This document shows, one piece after another, positions 59,589 to 64,000 of a stretch of 64,000 nt of DNA (position 1 is the stretch's first letter; each line of letters opens with the position of its first letter). This DNA comes from Candidatus Marinacidobacterales bacterium (lineage in GTDB: Bacteria; Acidobacteriota; Vicinamibacteria; Marinacidobacterales; SMYC01): positions 2,368,001 to 2,432,000 of the forward strand of contig OZ250169.1 of the NCBI GenBank assembly GCA_965237955.1, written 5' to 3'. Below the pieces are notes generated by a model. It was not told where the DNA came from. It worked only from the letters and a program-made list of their open reading frames with translations, and did not search any database. A program made the translations under genes and the position numbers.

Positions 59589-59768
59589 GCACCGACCCTC
59601 CCTCTCCCCTAGGAGGGGAGAGGGCCGGGGGTGAGGGGTGCTTTTGAGGGTTAGAGGAGTGGGAATCTGGATCTGGACATTCCCCTCACCCAATTCCTCT
59701 CGGTCAAGATTGGCAGGTGGGGGAGAGGGTTAACTTGTGCGATGCGAGCGGAGCTCGCATCGGTCTTT
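59589..59768. repeat. Intergenic palindromic REP-like unit, copy 2
   Basis: Direct imperfect repeat of 59285-59476. Confidence 0.85.
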
Positions 59769-59775
59769 TACTTAT

Positions 59776-59851
59776 GGTGGGTGTAGCTCAATGGTAGAGC
59801 ACCGGATTGTGGTTCCGGGGGTTGTGGGTTCGAGCCCCATCATCCACCCCA
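59776..59851 (+). tRNA. tRNA-His(GTG)
   Basis: CCGGA-TTGTGGT-TCCGG, encoded G-1, CCA. Confidence 0.96.
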
Positions 59852-59855
59852 AGGC

Positions 59856-59932
59856 GCGTCCGTAGCTCAGTTGGATAGAGCACCGGACTTCGAATCCGTA
59901 GGTCGCAAGTTCGAGTCTTGCCGGGCGCGCCA
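59856..59932 (+). tRNA. tRNA-Arg(TCG)
   Basis: CGGA-CTTCGAA-TCCG, acceptor GCGTCCG/CGGGCGC, CCA. Confidence 0.92.
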
Positions 59933-59940
59933 GAACTTTC

Positions 59941-61212
59941 CTAGTAAGCCCACTGTAGTCTTATCTCGAAGATCCAGATCCCGCCGCTGCCGCTGCGTTT
60001 GGCGCGGATGAGGTTCGCCATCACCCGAGCGTTGTTGTTCGGATACCAGTTCACCGCCGCGGTGAAGTCGTTCAAGATGCCACCGCTGATTTCCTGGTCA
60101 TCGAGGTCGAGATGGGAATACCGGAATGCGATCTCCACCGCGCCGTAGCTGTCTTTGAAATCCGTGAACGGTCGCCGCGGCCGAATGCCGCCGAACGAAG
60201 CTCGCGTCGACCGGTAGCGCCGGCTCTCACCGGTTAGAAAGTAGCTCGCGTATACGCACATCGCGTAAAAGCGCGGGTTATCCGTGTCGGTGGCGTTGAC
60301 GGTCGCGGTGCCGAATTCCGATTGGACGGAGAACGGTCCTCGAACCAACGCCGCCTCGCCTATGAAGTTGCTCGTGTTGGATGCCAGGATGTCGCCGGTA
60401 TCCACGAACGCGGGGGCGAGGTGAGACTCTGGTTGCTCCAGAAAGCGCACGGTTTCTTGCACGGGCCGGCTGAGGATGCTGACGCCTAAATGGAACAGGT
60501 CGAGGCTCTCTTGGTCGCGCCAAGCGTAAGCGAAGCGTCCGGAAACGCCGTAGCTTTCGGTCGAACCGGGGTCTTGGATCTCGGGCTGAATGAAACCGAC
60601 CGCCCACCACAAGTGACTATCGAAATTTTGGCGATCACCCAAGAACAGGAACCCGCTATTGCGGGCGGGTACGAACGCGCTCAACAGACCCCGCTCCATG
60701 AACGTCGTGTTCTGCGCCGAGGTACCTCCTTCGAGGCTCAACCGCGTCCGGAAACGCCCGCCGTGCAGGCGCACCGGAGCGAAAGGAAACCGATAACTCA
60801 AGTAGGCGTCCTTGAGCCGGGGCGGGTTGTTGGCGGCGAAGTCGTACATGAACTTGTACTCGAAAAAGCGCGTGAACACCCCTTCGGCGTAGAGACGCAC
60901 ACGGCGCCACTCGAGGCCGTTCTCGAGCCGTCCTAGCTCACCCTCGTCCGTGTTCTGCTCGCTGAAGAACGCAGTGTCGTTTTGGATCATTCCACCGACG
61001 GACGTCGTGAAGTTGCGGTTCAGGCCGACGATGTGGAGGCCCTCGTCCCAATAGATGCGAACCCTCGGCGCAGACTCCTCTTTTTCCTCCTCTTCGTTGG
61101 GAGGGTCGGGAGGTTGATCGTGCTCCTCCTGAGCACCTAGCGGCGATGCGAGCGCGAGCGCTAGGGTCCAGTTCGCGAGTATGCGGACAGGAAAGTCTAT
61201 TTCTAGAGCCAT
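59941..61212 (-). CDS. OprO/OprP-like phosphate-selective porin
   Basis: EWRRVRL, LKDAY, TFMERGL, ASYFLTGESR.Y, NWYPN; aromatic C-terminus. Confidence 0.85.
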   Translation of the reverse strand: MALEIDFPVRILANWTLALALASPLGAQEEHDQPPDPPNEEEEKEESAPRVRIYWDEGLHIVGLNRNFTTSVGGMIQNDTAFFSEQNTDEGELGRLENGLEWRRVRLYAEGVFTRFFEYKFMYDFAANNPPRLKDAYLSYRFPFAPVRLHGGRFRTRLSLEGGTSAQNTTFMERGLLSAFVPARNSGFLFLGDRQNFDSHLWWAVGFIQPEIQDPGSTESYGVSGRFAYAWRDQESLDLFHLGVSILSRPVQETVRFLEQPESHLAPAFVDTGDILASNTSNFIGEAALVRGPFSVQSEFGTATVNATDTDNPRFYAMCVYASYFLTGESRRYRSTRASFGGIRPRRPFTDFKDSYGAVEIAFRYSHLDLDDQEISGGILNDFTAAVNWYPNNNARVMANLIRAKRSGSGGIWIFEIRLQWAY

Positions 61213-61298
61213 CGAAGCCGAAATAGATTATCAGACGCGATCGCGTTTCGTTGAGGCCTGCAACGGCATTATAATCGGGTCTCTCAAGGAGGGTGCGT

Positions 61299-62198
61299 GT
61301 GGCCGATATGAAGAAAGTTGGTTTCGTGGGAGTGGGCATCATGGGAAAACCCATGGCGCGGAATCTTCTAAAAGCGGGATTCGAGCTCACGGTGCATGAC
61401 CGGTTTAAGCCCCCCGTAGACGAGCTCGTTTCCGCAGGAGCGAGAGAGGCAGACTCTCCGAGCGCTTGTGCCGACGGCATGGACGTCGTTGTCACCATGT
61501 TGCCGGATTCAACCGACTCGGAGACCGTCATCCTCGGGGACAACGGCGTGCTCGCGGGCGCGCGGAAAGGCGCCACGATCGTCGACATGAGCTCCATCGC
61601 ACCAGCGATGTCGCAGAAAATTGCCGCAGCGTGCGAGGCGAAAGGAATCGATGCCCTCGATGCGCCTGTCAGCGGTGGCGAGCCGGGAGCGGTCGCCGGT
61701 CAGCTCGCGATCATGGTCGGTGGCAAGAAGGACGTCTTCGAGCGGTGCGAGCCCGTCCTCAAGGCCGTCGGAACGAGCTATGTTCTGTGCGGCGGGTATG
61801 GCGCGGGCAACACGACCAAGCTCGCGAACCAGATCATCGTCGCCGCCAATATCGAAGCCGTCGGCGAAGCGTTGGTCTTGGCGCGGAAGGCCGGTCTCGA
61901 CCCCAACACCGTCTTCGAAGCCATCCGGGGTGGCTTGGCCGGAAGCAACGTCCTCAATGCCAAAGGCCCGATGATGATCGACGGGAACTTCAAGCCCGGC
62001 TTTCGCATTCGCCTGCATCAGAAAGATCTGGCAAACGCGCTTCTCACCGGAAAAGAGATCGGGGTGCCGCTTCCGGTGACCGCTCTCGTTCAACAAATGG
62101 TCGGCGCACTCGTCAACAATGGCAAGGGCGAGCTCGACCACTCCGGTATCGCCACGTTCATCGAGGACATGGCGGACACCAAGATTAGCGGTAACTAG
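61299..62198 (+). CDS. garR: 2-hydroxy-3-oxopropionate (tartronate semialdehyde) reductase family
   Basis: GVGIMGKPMA, DAPVSGG, KLANQ, FKPGFRI.LHQKDL. Confidence 0.85.
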   Translation: MADMKKVGFVGVGIMGKPMARNLLKAGFELTVHDRFKPPVDELVSAGAREADSPSACADGMDVVVTMLPDSTDSETVILGDNGVLAGARKGATIVDMSSIAPAMSQKIAAACEAKGIDALDAPVSGGEPGAVAGQLAIMVGGKKDVFERCEPVLKAVGTSYVLCGGYGAGNTTKLANQIIVAANIEAVGEALVLARKAGLDPNTVFEAIRGGLAGSNVLNAKGPMMIDGNFKPGFRIRLHQKDLANALLTGKEIGVPLPVTALVQQMVGALVNNGKGELDHSGIATFIEDMADTKISGN

Positions 62199-62199
62199 A

Positions 62200-62739
62200 T
62201 TAGAACGACTCGCCCCACTTTCCGCTGAACGCCAGCTCGTCTTGCGGCCGCCGGGTCCGAGAGTCCGGCGTCGCTTCGGCCGAATAGCTGACGGCGATCG
62301 CGGCCACGGGATCGAAGCCCTCGGGGATGCCGTAGGTGTGGCGCGCTTTATCGACGTCGAAGCCCGCCATCTGATGAACGTGGAGCCCGAGCGCGGTGGC
62401 TTGAACGATGAGCTGCGACACGGCGAGACCCACATCGTGGTATGCGTGGCGATTCGGTTTGTCGTTTCGGGTAAACGTGAGCTTCGTTGCCGACAGCATG
62501 AGCATCGGCGCACTCTTGGCCCAATCCTGGTTGCCGGGAACCAGGCACGCGAGAAGCTTGTCAAAATCCGCAGGGTCGTCTTTCGTCGCGACGATGAAAC
62601 GCCATGGTTGCTCGTTGAACGACGACGCTGCCCACCGGGCGGCTTCGAGAATAGAGCGTATCGTTTCCTTAGGCACTGAGCGGTCTTCGAAAGACCGAGG
62701 GCTGAACCGTCTCTGCAGAAGCTCGTGAATGGGTTCCAT
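62200..62739 (-). CDS. Nitroreductase family protein
   Basis: RFSPRSF, AASSFNEQPWRF, HQMAGFD. Confidence 0.9.
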   Translation of the reverse strand: MEPIHELLQRRFSPRSFEDRSVPKETIRSILEAARWAASSFNEQPWRFIVATKDDPADFDKLLACLVPGNQDWAKSAPMLMLSATKLTFTRNDKPNRHAYHDVGLAVSQLIVQATALGLHVHQMAGFDVDKARHTYGIPEGFDPVAAIAVSYSAEATPDSRTRRPQDELAFSGKWGESF

Positions 62740-62774
62740 CTAGTTCCACCTCCATGAACTGCTAGTATAGGCAT

Positions 62775-63065
62775 ATGAGCTACGAAGCGTTTCCCGGTGG
62801 CGACCTCATCGAGAAGGGACTCGCCGACTTGGCGGCGAGCCGGGAGACGGTAGAGTCACTTCTCGTCTCGATTGGCGCACCACGCCTGCGCCTTGCTGGG
62901 ATTCCAGTGCCGGATACGACGTTTCCGAATCCCGAGAGGCGCCTCTACGATCGACTCGCCCTCGAGGACTCCGATTCCGCTCACTCTCGCTACAACGGGC
63001 TGGTTCGCCGGCTGGTGAGCTTCGAAAGCACAGTCGAATGCGTCGGGCTGTCGACGAAGAGCTAA
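62775..63065 (+). CDS. Small hypothetical protein, partner of the nucleotidyltransferase
   Basis: 96 aa; overlaps the next gene. Confidence 0.7.
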   Translation: MSYEAFPGGDLIEKGLADLAASRETVESLLVSIGAPRLRLAGIPVPDTTFPNPERRLYDRLALEDSDSAHSRYNGLVRRLVSFESTVECVGLSTKS

Positions 63066-63559
63066 TCCAAACCTTCTTCCGCGCCTTCGGAGCAGAAGCG
63101 AAAAGCGACAGCCGCGTCTACTTCACCGGAGGTGTCACAGCGGTGCTCTACGGGTGGCGCCAGAGCACGGTCGATTTGGATATAAAGATCATTCCTGAGC
63201 AGGACTCGCTCTTTCGCGCGATCCCGAACTTGAAAGAGTCGCTGAGTGTCAATATCGAGTTAGCGTCGCCTGCCGACTTCCTCCCAGAGCTTCCCGGCTG
63301 GCAGGATCGCAGCAAGTACATCGCCCGCGAAGGTCGAATCTCCTTCTATCACTACGATTTCTACTCTCAGGCGCTTTCAAAGGTGGAGCGTGGGCACGCG
63401 AAAGATTTGGAAGACGTCCGCGCAATGATCGAAAGAAACCTCATCTCGCCGGAGAAAGCGCTCGAGCTCTTCGAGGCAATCCAACCGCGCCTGTACCGGT
63501 TCCCCGCGATCGACCCCAAGAGACTTCGACGTCAGATCGAGTCTTTCTTCCACGTTTAG
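63038..63559 (+). CDS. DUF6036-like nucleotidyltransferase
   Basis: FTGGVTAVLYGWRQSTVDLD, LSKVERG..KDLED. Confidence 0.75.
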   Translation: MRRAVDEELIQTFFRAFGAEAKSDSRVYFTGGVTAVLYGWRQSTVDLDIKIIPEQDSLFRAIPNLKESLSVNIELASPADFLPELPGWQDRSKYIAREGRISFYHYDFYSQALSKVERGHAKDLEDVRAMIERNLISPEKALELFEAIQPRLYRFPAIDPKRLRRQIESFFHV

Positions 63560-63565
63560 GCAGGC

Positions 63566-64000
63566 TTAACGAAGACGGAAAATCAGAAACGTCAGATCGT
63601 CCGGCTTCGATGGGGCGTTGCCGTCGGCGAGCTCCATTCGCTTTTCGGCGCGCCGGGCCATCGCTCGGGACGCTTTCTCGAGAGGACCCTTGCGCACGAG
63701 CTCGACGATCTCGGGTGTCAGCAGATTGTCCGAAAGACCGTCGCTTGCGAGCACTATCGTATCTTTTGGCGCGAGCTCGATGGGTGAGCCGACGTCGATG
63801 CGCATCTCCGCGCTCCCGATGACATTGCTGATGACGTGACGCTCGTCGTGGTGCAGGGCTTCTTTCTCGTCGAGAAGCCCCGACGCGACGGCATAACCCG
63901 TCGGTGAGTGCGGGATCGTCTGTGATTTGACCTTGCCGCGCTGGCCGGTGATCAGCATGAACGAATCTCCGACGTGAAACGGCCGAACCGACGCGCCCTC
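63566..64000 (-). CDS. PP2C-family phosphatase, C-terminal part (5' end outside the window)
   Basis: HVGDS, LASDGLSD, KPDDLT. Confidence 0.85.
   Translation of the reverse strand, partial: EGASVRPFHVGDSFMLITGQRGKVKSQTIPHSPTGYAVASGLLDEKEALHHDERHVISNVIGSAEMRIDVGSPIELAPKDTIVLASDGLSDNLLTPEIVELVRKGPLEKASRAMARRAEKRMELADGNAPSKPDDLTFLIFRLR

Overview
GC-rich bacterial window. Gene content resembles Acidobacteriota (inference only). It has two halves. (1) From ~1.65 to ~33.5 kb is a heavily rearranged accessory island. It is built from nested remnants of one family of rve/DDE 'integrase core domain' elements whose termini read 5'-CGTC(C/G)TGT... (15 ends mapped), plus related GGTGCT(T)CCGC-ended mini-elements, one intact ISL3, IS3 and IS21 ends, a CTAG-bounded MITE and a DUF2924/serine recombinase module. 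Passenger genes are wedged between element ends: a dual-HsdM (NPPF+NPPY) Type I RM system, a Type III RM system, pyruvate kinase, a sirtuin, an M4 peptidase with a beta-barrel, a GGCT, and a truncated BNR-repeat hydrolase. (2) From ~33.6 to 64 kb is core-like DNA: yyaL-like, fabH, an elbB-E-like ether-lipid cluster, an IS5-family element, three adjacent genes sharing an N-terminal DUF4214-like module, inositol-lipid genes, amidase-GerMN-rph-rdgB, four tRNAs with REP-like spacers, a porin, garR-like reductase, nitroreductase, a DUF6036-type pair and a PP2C. Several genes carry point lesions. No CRISPR array or rRNA was seen. All family calls come from motif recognition by eye; no database searches were run.
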